A stretch of DNA of 63,662 bases, filler included, from Reclinomonas americana ATCC 50394 (taxonomy: Eukaryota), in assembly GCA_048213135.1 (NCBI GenBank). It is 10 parts of 5 records of this genome, joined end to end, with 100 filler letters (N's around TTAATTAATTAA, not from the genome) between each part and the next. Parts side by side here need not be neighbours in the genome. Positions count along the whole stretch, not along the records: positions 47,573 to 51,283 come from PS015428.1; positions 51,384 to 52,984 come from PS015429.1; positions 53,085 to 54,673 come from PS015429.1; positions 54,774 to 61,985 come from PS015429.1; 6 more parts are not named here. One strand, given 5' to 3'. The translations under genes and the position numbers were made by a program. Below, piece after piece: positions 49,001 to 62,085 of this stretch. The notes beneath the pieces were generated by a model. That model did not search any database and had not been told where the DNA came from. It saw only the letters and a list, made by a program, of their open reading frames with translations. Position 1 is the stretch's first letter. Each line of letters opens with the position of its first letter.

Positions 49001-52000
49001 GTCCTCGCGCCACAGGTAGTCGTAGCGGCGGAATGTGTCCAGGTACTCCATCACCTGGCGACGCAGGCCGTGGACGCCGCCCGTCAGCGTCAGCACCGTC
49101 TTGGCGATCTGCCGGCTGCGAGCAATCTGCACAAAGTACGAGTTCTGCGGGGACGGGAGGGAGAGAGGCAGAGAGAGAAGAGTGAGCACAAAGAGACAGA
49201 GCGAGCAAGGCGTTAATCACTGACTGACCTGTGGCGTGCGATCAGCGGCACCCCACACAAAGACGTTCTTGCTAATGTCGAACACGACATTGGCCACCGT
49301 GTTGACGGCCTCCTGAATCTCGTCGAGCGACGGGTTCATCACGTAGTTCGGCTTCAAGAACTCCACGTCGACCTCAAACAGCGGCGAGTCGACGCGCAGG
49401 TTGCCGTCGGCGTCGTGCGAGCCAATGCGCGACTTGAGTTGGTGCAGCGACTGGGTGGTGGCCGCCAGAATCGAGCGGAACATCATCTGGCCGTAGTGCG
49501 ACAACACCAGCTTGACGTCCTTTTGCGACACGGTGCGCTCCGGATCGTCGAACGGGAAGTGTGTCGCCAGGTCGATAATGTCCTCCACGGCTCGTTGCAC
49601 CTCAATGTTCTTTTGTGACAAGAACTGTAGTGGAACTCATGTCAGCCGCTGTGGTTGGATAGAAAGCGATGACATACCCGTCGTCTCCCACTCACCTCTG
49701 TCTGCGCAGCGGCGTGACGCTGCTGCATGCTGATGAACTGGTCAATGGTGAACGACTCGCCCTTGGGAATGTCGACCAGGGTGACGTTGCTGATGACGGC
49801 CAGGTTCGAGTCGATGCGGTTCTGGATCACATCGTTGACCTTGATGACCAGCTCCTCCAGCTTCGCCACGCCAGCGTGGATCTTCAGCAGGTAGCCGTCA
49901 ATGTTCATCGAGTTCCATGTAAGCAGCACCATGCCGGGCAGGATCTTGCGGTCCAAATCCTCAATGTGCGGCTCCAACAGTGGGCGCACCACCGTGTTGA
50001 TGCGGCTCGTGACGCGCTCGTACTCCTTGATGGCGTACGTCAGTTGGTTCTTGTAGCGCTGCGCATTGGAAACAGTGATAAGTGGGAGGGCGGAGGTGGG
50101 GAGAGGCGAGGAGAGGACAAAGGAGGACGTAACCTTGAACTTCTCCTCCTGCAGCAGCACCATCTTGGCGCTGTCGGGCACCTCGATGCCGAGGCGCAGC
50201 AGCCACTTGGTCTCGCGAATCAGCTCCAGAATGGCATTGTCAAAGTTGACGTGCAGGCGGCCGGTCTCGGCATTGCGCACAATCAGCGTCGCCTGCAGGC
50301 CCGACTTGGACGTCTCAATGTGACGCACCCAGGCCGTGTGCCAGATGGTCTCGAACTCGATCAGCGCACGCGCCACGCGGTTGTACGTCTTGATGATCTT
50401 GCTCGAGTCCTTGGCGTTCATGATCTTGTCGTTGTCCTGGAACTTGAGCATGGGCTCTTCGATGCGGCGGTACAACTGACGCGACCAGATAATGTTGCCG
50501 GCCACTGGCGGCGCATTGCGGATGAGTGGTGGGTTGTGCTTGTGGCGCTCGTACGCCTTTTGCACTTGCTCCAGATCCTGGCCGTACTGGTGGAAAATCA
50601 GCATGTACTTGTTGTCGAGGCCCGCCTGTCATCACGCATGGGGTTTAGTGTCACGCGACATCACAACCATGGTGACTTGTGTGTGCGCCGCACCTTCAGA
50701 TTCTCGCGTTGCAGAATCGACTGGAACTTGCGCAGCAGGATCAGCGAGTCCTCCGTGCTGCGAATGTTCTCAAAGCTCGAGTTGATAAACACCTGCAAAC
50801 GGTGTGAGATCACTGCAACGTCGGTCCTCCCCTCCTTCCCTCCCTCTCTCCGTCTCACCTGCAGCGAGTTCTCAAACATCTCAATCTGCTTCTGGAACTC
50901 GGCATAGTCCTTCTCAAAGTACGCATTGTCCTCCACCAAATTGTAGCGCTTGTTGCGCATCTTTTCGACCTCGTCGAGGAAGGTCTTGGTGAGACTCTCC
51001 ATGCCATCAATCTTGTGCTGCACACACGCGGGGGAGCACAACAGCCACGGTAAGCAACATAGTGGAACAAAGAGTGGCAAACGCGCACACAAACCTCAAT
51101 CAGAGTCATGAACTGCTTGACAGTGCGGAACATGTCCATCAGTTTGCGGAGACGCACGCAGAACCGATCAAACTTCTCAAAGATGGGCACGCGCTCCAGC
51201 TCAAATGAGCGTCCGCGCGGCTGTGTCATGAGCTTCTCCTGCAGTCACGAAGAGCGAGTGAGCGCGCGCGCGGAGATGTCGGCNNNNNNNNNNNNNNNNN
51301 NNNNNNNNNNNNNNNNNNNNNNNNNNNTTAATTAATTAANNNNNNNNNNNNNNNNNNNNNNNNNNNNNNNNNNNNNNNNNNNNCTTGCCGCTCACACGCT
51401 GTTTTCTTCGCACAGGATTGTGGATCAGAAGAACTTGCCGGGCTCGAAAATCATGCTGGGTGTGTTGCAATACGCACGAGCCAACTCACCCGTCATGCGC
51501 CGATGGAAGGGCTTTGATGGCGACATTACCGACGCCCTCAACGAAGCCAAGGACAATGTCCGCTTCCTCACCCAACTCGACAAGTTCTTGGAGCCGCTGT
51601 ACAAGGGTAGCCCGCGATCAATTATCGACGCCCTGCCAGCGCTGATGAACAATCTGTACATTATGCAAAGTGTGGCGCGCTACTACAACACCAAGGGTAC
51701 GGAAGAAGGAGAGAACGTTCCCCCCACTGATGTGTATGATGAACTCACACTCGCCGGTGGCGATTTGGTGCGCAGACAAGATGACGACTCTGTTCCGCAA
51801 GATCACCAACCAGCTGGTGGCGAACTGCAAGCAGAGCATCGAGGCTGGCGGTCGAAATCTGTGGGAGCACAATCTCGACGAGCTGCTCGACACACTGGAC
51901 TGGTGCTGCCGCCTCAACATTGCCTACCTCGAGCAGTTTGAGAGCTTGAGAGTTGAGTATTCACTCTCCTCTGCTGCTGCTNNNNNNNNNNNNNNNNNNN

Positions 52001-52845
52001 NNNNNNNNNNNNNNNNNNNNNNNNNNNNNNNNNNNNNNNNNNNNNNNNNNNNNNNNNNNNNNNNNNNNNNNNNNNTCGAACCAAGTGGGGGCAACACGCC
52101 GGCATTGTCAAAACGCAACGTGTTGAACTTGCCGGTGCGCTCCTTCCAGTACTCCAGCTCGGTGTGCGGGCCAGCCTCTGGAGCCTCCTTGCGCGCGTCA
52201 GCGTCGGTCAACAGCTTCTCCACCGTTGAAATCCAATCCTCCAACACGTCTACGCACAAAGAGAAAGAGAGTGAGAGACAGGGAGAGGGAGGGAGAAGCA
52301 AGTGCGATTATCGCAACTCTCAAAGTGCGCCACGGCCGACTCGTTTTGTGCCAGCTGAATGTACCCAGATGGAGTATTGTCAGCGTCGGCAATCACCGAG
52401 TCCTCGGGTTGGCGCAGTTCCACGCCATCGCCCACCACCGACACCACCTCGCCGAGTTGCTTGGTGAACTTGTGCACCGAGGTGAGGTACTCCTGCACAC
52501 ACACACACAGAAACGATGATGATGATGAATGAGCATATTGCCGAGTCCAGGTGGCCAGCTCGGACCAAGAGAGAACAAACCTCGGTTTCTGGCTGCGGGT
52601 TCTTGCCCCAGTCCTCCTTTTGCCGCAACGCCGGCAGATAAACGTGCTCCAGCAACAAGCCGAGAGTGGGAATCACCTTGCGATCCGTCTCACCCACCAG
52701 CAAATCCTGAATCATGTCGTGCTCGCGCAAACCCACTGGCTTGCTCTCCTTGGCGCGCACGAAAAACACCCACTTGGTCGCCGAACCTCCGCCAACCCCA
52801 GCCGCAGGGTTGTCCAATGAGGCGACTTGTACGTGTCGACCATCT
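46073..52845 (-). CDS. Axonemal outer-arm dynein heavy chain, gamma type (DNAH5/DNAH8/ODA2-like); tail to AAA1, partial
   Basis: [80 protein letters not shown]-loop [30 protein letters not shown]. Two exon blocks (47590-48091, 51416-51951) lie on the + strand. Confidence 0.93.
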
Positions 52846-53119
52846 GAGCGTACGCAGCACGTCAATTACGGGATGGTCAAGATGTCGACAATCGCAGAAT
52901 GAAGGAGATGGTTAGAGGAGAAGAAGAGAGGGAGAGAAGAAGAGAGGAGAAGAGAGGAGAAGAGAAGAAGAGAAGGGCTATAAANNNNNNNNNNNNNNNN
53001 NNNNNNNNNNNNNNNNNNNNNNNNNNNNTTAATTAATTAANNNNNNNNNNNNNNNNNNNNNNNNNNNNNNNNNNNNNNNNNNNNGAGCTGACGAGATTCT
53101 TTCACTCTCTTACACGCAG

Positions 53120-53277
53120 GTCTGCAGCTGGTCTCCCGCGCAGGTACCTTTGTGCTTGGCGTCCTCATTGCAAGACTCTCGTCACCCGAGGCCTTTGGAG
53201 TTGCATACTCGCTGTGTGTGCGCGCATGTGTGTGCATGTGTGTGACTGAATGTGTGTTTTTGACAAAGAGAGATAGA

Positions 53278-53308
<31 letters not shown>

Positions 53309-54673
53309 TCTGTGTGTGCGCGTGTGTGTGTGCACTCGCAGAGAATACTCACTTCTTCTTCTTCTTCTTCTTCTCCATCGTCTTGTTGTTGTACAGGTGG
53401 CATACATTGAGTTCCACGTGTTGAATGCGACGGTGTTGTTTTTGGCGCGCGAAGGCCTCCGACGCGCCTCCACACGCAATGCTCTGGGCACACAGCGCAG
53501 TGGCGGCGACATTCACGATCCAGCCGCAGTGGCGATTCTGCAGCGCAACGCGCAGCTGTCGTTTGTGTCGATTGCGTTGGCGGCGGCTGTGTCGAGTGTG
53601 GTCGCGGTGGTGTGGGTGCACTCGTGGCCGCACCGCGTGGTGCTGTTCGCCTCGTGCGTGGAGATGTGTGGCGAGCCGGCGTATGTGTGTGCGCAGAACA
53701 TGCTGTGGTTCCGACCGCGAGTGCGCGCCGAGGGCTGGTCCTTGTCGGCGCGCGCACTTGTCAACTTGTCGCTGCTGGCCGCGCAGGTGTTTGACGATCA
53801 GCGCATGGCGTTTGCTGTCGGCTTCCTCGTGCATGCGCTGGTGTCGGTCACGGTGTTGACGTGGTATGCGGTGGTGGAGTCGAGAGCGGTCGGGTTGCCG
53901 GTGCAGCACTGGTTGCGACCGCGTCTGCGAGTGCGAGGGCCCGAGTCGAGCGGCAGCGGCGACACTATTGGTCGCTTGTGGGTGGTGTTGACTGCGCAGT
54001 CGTTTGTCAAGCATTTGCTCACGGAGGGCGAGAAGATGGTGCTGATGGTGATGGTGAGTGTTGACAGTGACGAGAGGTTGGCGGCGGCACAGGGCGCGTA
54101 CGCGCTCGTGAGCAACCTGGGCTCGCAGGTGGCGCGTGTGCTCTTTGCTCCCATCGAGGAGCAGTGTCACACGGTGTTCTCGAAGCAGTTGGCGGAGCAG
54201 GCGGTGCGGACGGTGCAACTGGCCACTCGCGCCATGTCGCTGGTGGGCCTGCTCTTTGCCACCTTTGGTCCCCCCTACAGTCTGCTGCTGCTGCGCATTC
54301 TGTACGGGGCCAAGTGGAGTGACGGAACGGAGGCCCCGAAGGCACTCGCTGTCTACAGCGTCTACGTGCTGTTCATGGCCGTCAATGGCGTCACCGAAGC
54401 CTACGTTCATGCTCGAGCGTCGGCGACGTACTTGGTGCGCCTCAACTGGCTACTCGTGACACTGTCGGTCGTTCACGTGGCCAGCTCCATGTGGCTTCTT
54501 GCCGCCTACAGCACTGTCGGGCTGATTGTCGCCAACATGTTGAATGCCGGACTGCGCATCACTCACAGCTTGTACTTCGTGGGCTGGTCGCATGTGCGCG
54601 TGCTCTTTCCGCGCAGTGTTACACTCGGTGCGTTCACCGTGGCATCGGCGTTCACAAACCTGGCGTCTTCGTT
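53120..54673 (+). CDS. RFT1: RFT1 (Man5GlcNAc2-PP-dolichol translocation protein), partial
   Basis: LQLVSR, LFLAREGLRRA, QSFVKHLLTEGEK, QGAYALVSNLGSQVARVLFAPIEE, MAVNGVTEAY, GLIVANMLN..LRI; many TM segments. Ends lie in gaps. Confidence 0.92.
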
Positions 54674-54773
54674 NNNNNNNNNNNNNNNNNNNNNNNNNNN
54701 NNNNNNNNNNNNNNNNNTTAATTAATTAANNNNNNNNNNNNNNNNNNNNNNNNNNNNNNNNNNNNNNNNNNNN

Positions 54774-57707
54774 GTGTTCTCGCTGTATCTCCAGCGCCGA
54801 TGCCCACCATTCGGCCTCCTCCTCACCGACTGCAGCGTCGGGGGCGTGATCCACCAAATCGTGTGCTTCGTCTGCGTCCTCCGCATCAGCTGTGGCAGGT
54901 ACCGCTACACTGGCGGCGTCCATGTTGCCACGACGAATCTCACGCTCCCGCATCACATCCGCCACAGCCAGCAGCTCAGTGTCGTACAACCTGTTGGCGC
55001 GCTTCGCCGCAGACATATTGCGCAGCTTGTCGATGAATTTCTTTCGGCGTTGACGCTTCTGCCGCCGCAATGCTCGCCGTTGCGCAAACTCGTCGGGACT
55101 GGGAGATCCCGCAGCACCCTCTGCGCCGCCGCCGCCGCCGCCGCCACCACCACCCTCGCCGTCATCGCCCATGTCGGCATCACCGTCACCAGGCATGTTG
55201 TCTGTGCGCCGCGCTCTCGACACCGCACTTGCACCACCGCGGCCAGCGACCACGGGGGGCGACACAGGCGAAGCGGCCGAGTACGCTGATGGTGTTCCAA
55301 GCGCGCCCGGGGGGACACCGGGAGTGGTGTTGCCGAGAAGCGATCCGTGAACCGATGCGTCGCTGAGGTACGAGGACATTGGACTCGGCCACGGCATCGA
55401 GGCCAACGATCCCATTTGCGCGCCACCAAAGACCGGCGACTGTTGCTGCTGCTGCTGCAAACGCAACAACTGCTGCTGCTGTTGTTGTTGTTGTTGGGAG
55501 AGAGCGGCGGCGAGCGGCGACTGGAACGCCGGCGATGTAACCGACGGCAACGGTAGGCCCCCTCCCACCGGCGACATGAGTCGTGTCTGTGTGGGGGACA
55601 AGAGACTGGCAGTGGGCATCGTCATGGCGACGCCAGCAGCAGCGGAGGCGTAGGCGGCAGCGGCAGTGGATTCTGCTTGTTGTCGCGCCAACTTGCGCTC
55701 GCGACGACGACGCTGCTTCGCCTGCTTTTCCGTCAAGTCGGGAACCGACGACCGTCGTTCGCTGGAAAGCGGCGGCATGGCCACCATCGCACCGTCAAAA
55801 TGCTGCAGTTGCGAGTGCGGCGATCCGAGCACGCCACGTGACATTGTCGACAGAGGTGGGGACTGCTGAAACTGTTGAAACTGGCGCAGGTGTTCAGCGG
55901 CGTTCTGGTGCTGCAGCAGCTGCACCTCGTGCGGCGACATCATGCTCGCCTGCGACAGGTTCATCATCAGCTGTTGCCGTTGTTGCTCCTGCTGATCCAG
56001 TAGTCGTTTCTGCTGTCGTCGCTGCCGCTTGCGGAGGCGTGCAGCCTCTGCCCGCGCGTCAATTTCCAACATTCTAGCGTTGTCTGTCGACGGCAGCGAC
56101 GTGGACATGGTCATGGCCAGCGGCGGTCGGACCGCGCCGGCCGTCGCCGCCGCAGGTCTCTTGGCAAGAGGTTCGCTGAGAGCCGCTGAGGAACCATTCG
56201 ACATGCGCGGCATGGCTGCTGATGCACCCATGGCACCAAACATGTCAGAGACGCGCGATGCCAGAAGGTGGGGACTTTCGGAGGTTCCCATTTCGCTGTT
56301 GCGTTCGAGAAGTGACATGTCGGACTGACGAGACCCGGTAAATGCTGCCGGTCGTTCAGCAAGTGCTTGCGTGACCTGGTGGACCAACGCATCGTTGCCA
56401 GCACGACCGCCGGCGAGGCCCGGCGGAAACGGCAAGTACTTGGCCAGTGAATGACTGGCAGCGCTGGCCACCTCCGGTGTCTGCCACAGCGCACAAAACA
56501 GTGAATACACACACTGCACCGGGTGCGAACATGACTACGTGAGGAATTGTGCGCCTCACCCACGGCTGCAATGCAGCGGCGGCTGCAGAAGACAGTTGTA
56601 GTTCCAACTCTTGTTGACGCTGCTGCCGCTCCAGCTCTTGCTGTTGATGTTGCTGCTCAAGTAGCTGGCGTTGCAATTGCTCACGCTGCAGCTGTTGCTC
56701 AAGCAACTGCTGTTGACGCTGTTGCTCGAGCTGTTGTTGGCGTTGCTGGTCGGGGTGGTGTAGCCGTTGTTGCTCTTGCTGCTGTATGCGCTGTTGCACG
56801 AGTAGTTGGTGGCGTGTCTGCTCAAATTGCAACTGCTGTTCGAGCAATTGCTGGTGTCCCTGTTGCTCCAGCAAGAGCTGCTGCGCCTGCTGTCGCTGCT
56901 GTTCGGCCAACATGAGTTGTAATTGGTGTTGTTGCTGTTGTTGCTGCTGCTGCTGATGTTGTTGCTGCTGATGTAATTGCTGCTGCTGTTGCGACGGCGA
57001 TGCAGCCGCTGCCGGTGGTGGCGGCCGCGGCGGTGAAGGAGGAGACGGAGGAGAAGCGGGGGGCGGGGGAGGAGAAGATGCTGACGGCAGTGGCGGCGGT
57101 GGTGGTAGTGGTGCGAGTGCTTGTGGCTTCGGTTTCTTTTGTCGCAAGGCGGTCGGCATAATGTGTGTCGATCGAGCGACGAACTCATGACCAGGGGGCA
57201 CGGCGACGCAGTACGGCGCCAGCATCAGCATTTCGTTGTCGGTGACTGGGAGACCGAGAGCGGTAAGCAACTGCGTTCCCGGCCCGAAATGTTGTTCCAG
57301 CTGCACGCAGGACGAGCGATTGGTGGACATTGCAAAAAAAAGAAAACGAGCACTCACTCACTCTCACCCTTGTGATGAAGCTGGAGAGTTGTTGTCGCAC
57401 GGTTATGACTTTGAATTCATCCGAGTTGGTGAGGTAGACCGTCTTGAGTAGCTTCTGCTTGTCCTTCTTGCGCCGCACTACACCGTCGCTCCCTGTGCGT
57501 GCGTGCGTGACCGTGTGTGAGTGCACAGGGGCCGGACTCCGGTGTGATGCGTGTTCGAAAATCGCAGCATACCCACAACCGGCGCTCTTGCCCTCGCCCG
57601 TGGTGGCGGTGCCGACGCCACGGGCATTTCATCGGCTAGTGCTGGCACCGGTGGTGAACCTGCAGGTGCGGGGGCCACAGCCTCCACGCCACTAGCTTGT
57701 TCGAAAA
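54774..57707 (-). CDS. Large Gln/Pro/Ala-rich, probably disordered nuclear protein, partial
   Basis: Long open exons at ~54774-56480 and ~56550-57300 with polyQ tracts and several basic clusters (RKRQRRQQKR, KQRRRRERK, RRQKRQRRKK). Small exons continue upstream, possibly to ~58780. No domain recognised. Confidence 0.7.
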
Positions 57708-59749
57708 CTGCAAACGCGTGGGAGAGCACATGAGTCAGTACAATTGGTGTCTTGTGTGCGCGGACACCCGCTGACATACAGGTGGTCCAAAACCCACAAG
57801 TGTGCGCACTCCCACACCACTCTCTGCTCCCCCTCGCACCAGTGCACCCACTCCCTCTGCCAATGCACCCACAGAGATGCATGCAAAAGAGAGACCACGG
57901 AGGAGAGAGGGCCACAAAATACCACCGAACAATGGTGGGCGAGTGGAGTGAGACATGGCAAATGTCGCCAGCGCCGGCACACACTCTCTCATCCACACGC
58001 CCGTGCGCGAGTGTGCACACACTCTCTCTTGATCACACATACAAACATACTGTCGAGTGTGCAACACACAAGCGAGAGCAACCAAAAGCGTCAATCAGAT
58101 TGGACAGGCGAATTACGACAGACGGAGTACACAGAGAGACAGCGCCATCGCTCTACCCCCGAGTAGCAGCAGTGTACGTGTGCGTGTGTGCAGGACTATC
58201 TGCGCAGGTTGATTCTTGGGAGTGGGGGCCCATGTGCGCAAATGGCGCGCGCCATGTTCGCACACCGCATTTTCCAACTCACTGTCTCATGCACCCACAC
58301 GCACTACGTCGCACAACACTCGTGGTCACTGCGCTGGCTCCCGAATGCACGTAGAGAGAAAGCAAGACGCGACGCAGAGATAAAACGTATGTGCACCCAC
58401 TCACACAAACACACACACATAAAAAGACAATAACGTTGTGAGTGTGTGCGTGCGCCCCCTTCTCACAAAGTACAGTGCAGCCATCGAGCACTCACGAGAA
58501 CGAGACACGCACAGCAACAAGAGTACGGCAGCGTATCTAGGAGTGACAGCGAAAACAGCAGCGGCGCCAACCGAACATGGAGCACAATCAACGACGACGA
58601 CAACAACAGCAGTTCGCCATTGGACACCGGCGCGTGGAATGATGCGATTGGTACGACCCGCCCCTCCCACGACGATGCACAACACGAACAAGACACGCAC
58701 GCAACTAGATTCATCACCGCCTGCAGGTACGTCGTCGGCCGCGGACATAAGGTGGAAGGTGGCGAAACACGCGGATCGCAACTGTGAGTGCGAGAAGAGT
58801 GAGTTTCACACACGCGCGCGTGTGCGTGTGTGCACACACTCACAGCGCGAGCACACGCACACGACAGATAACGGAAAAAGACTGACTTTGTAGAAATCCT
58901 CCCCCCAGAAGAGAGAGAGTGTGTGTGCGGCGTGCGTCTCTGAAGAGTGTGTGTGCGTGATACACACGGGGGGAAACAGAACTCCCGCGCGCGCAATGCA
59001 AATGGTCACGCACTGACATATGCCACGGCGACCGGTCCTGTCGCAAATATGCACACCGACGAAACACACTCTCACGGACCACGATGCACACTCTCACACA
59101 CAACAGCGAATACTGGAGATGCGAAGAGATTGGGTGTCCATCACACGGTGGAACTGATGCACACACTCAGAAATACAAACGCGCCCAGCGTACTTGGTGC
59201 ACAACACACTCCCTCTCGCATAGCACACACACACACGGTGTAGCAGTGGAACACGAGTGAGCAGGAGCCAGAGAGGACCCATATATCGGTCGCAAAGCGG
59301 GAGCCGCACAGCGAGCACAGTGGAAAGTAAAAAGAATGTAGGTTCGGCCCGATAGCACGAGGAGGGAACGACATGGGGTGGATGAAAAAGTGATCACAAA
59401 AACGCGCGCGCATTCACACACCTGCGGTATCACGGCGTGCACGTGTCCCTGCTCAACTGCGGCACGTCGGTGTGGCGGGGAGCTAGATACCTATGCAGGC
59501 GTGGTGTGTGTCAGGATAAAAATGACACGGACCCAGCAATTGATACCGCACGCACAAGAAAGATTTGTGAGTGAACCGGTGACGTCATGCATTACGTACA
59601 TGCAGGACCGTTTTGTGCGACGTTGATGTCTGAAAAGCTTGAAGCGGTGCGTGCTGCTGCCTAACACACAGGGTAGAAAAAGACGCTGATCACACTCACG
59701 AATCGGTTCAAGGGTAAAGGGTTGAGGAAGACACTGATTTCACATGATT

Positions 59750-61450
59750 TCAAGGAAAATGGACAAATTTAGGCAAGGCGCTGATCAGCTTTATCCAATG
59801 ACCCTTGTGTTCGATGGCATTGGTGACCGTGACGGTGGCCGAGGACTTGAGAGTGTCGGACAGTGAAGGGAATGAGAAAGAATGTTGGGGAACAAAACCG
59901 GACGTCGCCAATGTGTTGAAAGTTCGTACGACGCGATCGCGACAACAGCAACAATACACATCACAGCATTGTCTTGATGACCAAGTCCCACCACATACAA
60001 AGCATCAACACAGACACGAATCTCGACAGAGGCGGCAGGTTTGTTTGCGATTGCTCCTGCGAACGCAGCTTCGAAAAAGTGGGGGGAACTGCAATCGTCA
60101 CCGCATAACAGCGTGGCTGAACAGTGAGTTGACGCACATGCATAGACGCAAAGCGTTTTCTGTGGTCGTACACGTCGCACATCCGGTCTGCGCATGCGCG
60201 GAAAAGGCTAAAGCGAAACGCCAGAAACAACAAAACACTTCATTCACCACATTCCAATAATGCGACAAATGTCCACAAATCCCTTGCCGACGATGACCAT
60301 TGGCACACCAACAATATAAGAAACACATAGATAAATCATCTCCAACAGTCATCTTCCCTTTCAGGAGACAAAGCCAATCATTAGCCATCTCGACTTTCTC
60401 TCAGTGTTCACGTGATGTCTGAGTTTCTGGTGCTCACTCAAGATGGTGATCATCATGCAGCTGCTGCTGTTTGGATTAGTAAAGTAGTTGTTGTTGTTGT
60501 GTTGTTGTTGTTGTTGCAAGCGTTACACTGCAAAGCCGGTCCGGATCGTCGAGAATAATGCAAAGCAGTGGAGGCGTCCTTTGCGGAGAGCATGTCGTGC
60601 TGTTGATGAAGTTGGTGAATCCACTGGTCAACCTCGCTTTACGCGGTGAAGATCGCGACTTGCTCAAAGCTCCGACAGCGAACACCTGCAAAGAAAAAAA
60701 GAAGGCCACTTCAGCTGGTGCCTGTCCAGGCAAGTGCAGCAAATGAGCAGGACCAGTGCCGCGAGTCAACTCGAAAATCCTGATCGAAGGTACATTCTTC
60801 CGGGAGGCTGTTGGTTTCGCTGTTGCCTTTGTCGTCGTCGGACAAATTCTTTCACATATGCATCACCGCCCGCAATGTCAGCTTCCTGCTTGTTTTTCGC
60901 TTGGTGTGGCGGATGCTCGGTACGCCTGCCCGGAGTACCCTGTACCACGCACTCCAAGAGCCGATCACCTTTAGCGTCTGATGATGCGACAGCAGATTGC
61001 TCAATTCAGAACGCTCCGTGGTCCGATATTTCCCCAAATGCACATTTCCCTGCAGTCTCTCCCGATCGCGAGGGCATTAGTGCATGTGTGGACAAGCAGT
61101 ACGTCAACCAAGTAGGACTGGTGGACAGTGCTCGTGCACTCTCGACACACGATGTACTCGTTGAACCGGTGCGATATTGCCTGTTCGTCATCAGCGCAAT
61201 CTCCGCAGCGAGAATTCACGCTTCGGCGGCCACGTACGCGCGGACCATCACCACACACGCACACAAGTAAGACCGGCAGCACATGACCTCCCCCACGTGC
61301 CGTAACGGCTTTCTTGTGCACCGTTGCGAGGCAACGTTCGAATTTGGCCGATATCTCAAGCACCGTTGATGTTGCTGATCGTGAAGCTGGTGACCGCCAG
61401 TATTTCTCCAACAGGCATCACTGTGTGCACTGTCGCTTGGTACTGTGCAC
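59750..61450. mobile_element. Possible decayed transposon relic with inverted repeats and zinc-finger-like fragments
   Basis: Few microsatellites; homology to 31405-31583; inverted copy at ~60607-60672; minus-strand fragments CWCANGHRRQGICGH (SWIM-like) and CGDC..IVCRECTSTVHQS (PHD-like) in broken frames. Confidence 0.35.
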
Positions 61451-62085
61451 ACACACACACACACCGCACTCCAACACGCACGCAGCCACCACCACATGCA
61501 TAGGCGGCGTAACGTTCCGAGCGGATTCGGACACCGGCCGATCGCCTCCTACTTTGGCTTTCTGCAGTTCTCGTGCGCGAGACAACTCGCGAATCCCACC
61601 TGTGTGTGTGCATGTCGTCCTCGGCTGTGCTCTCTCGCATCATGCGCCGAGTGTCTGCCTCTCGTGCCACTATCGTTATGCCAGTGCTTCTCCTGCTGCT
61701 GACAGTCGGTGAGTGTGGCTGGGGTGAGACATTTCCGCTTCCTCCCACTCGCACACAACACTCTCGCTGGCTTCTCTCTCTCATACCTCCGCCATTCCTC
61801 TCCTTGGCTCCTTCTGTCGTGCATTGTGTCGCGCACGTGCACGCTGCGACGACCATGAGTGAGTGTGCAACTTTTCCCTTTTTCGCGTCATTGCGTCAGT
61901 CGCGCCCTTTGCGCATTGCGAACAAGGTTGCACATACCAGGAGAGGGGCAGTGGTGGAGCTATGCATGCACCTCCCCCGTATTGCNNNNNNNNNNNNNNN
62001 NNNNNNNNNNNNNNNNNNNNNNNNNNNNNTTAATTAATTAANNNNNNNNNNNNNNNNNNNNNNNNNNNNNNNNNNNNNNNNNNNN

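Noticed and set aside
49669..50907. 412-aa plus-strand ORF and similar antisense ORFs
   Set aside because: Antisense shadows of GC-rich dynein and RFT1 coding sequence.
14333..62041. Palindromic TTAATTAATTAA recurring nine times
   Set aside because: Always centred in identical N-runs and gives stops in all six frames, so it is an artificial scaffold spacer. Distances across it are unreliable.
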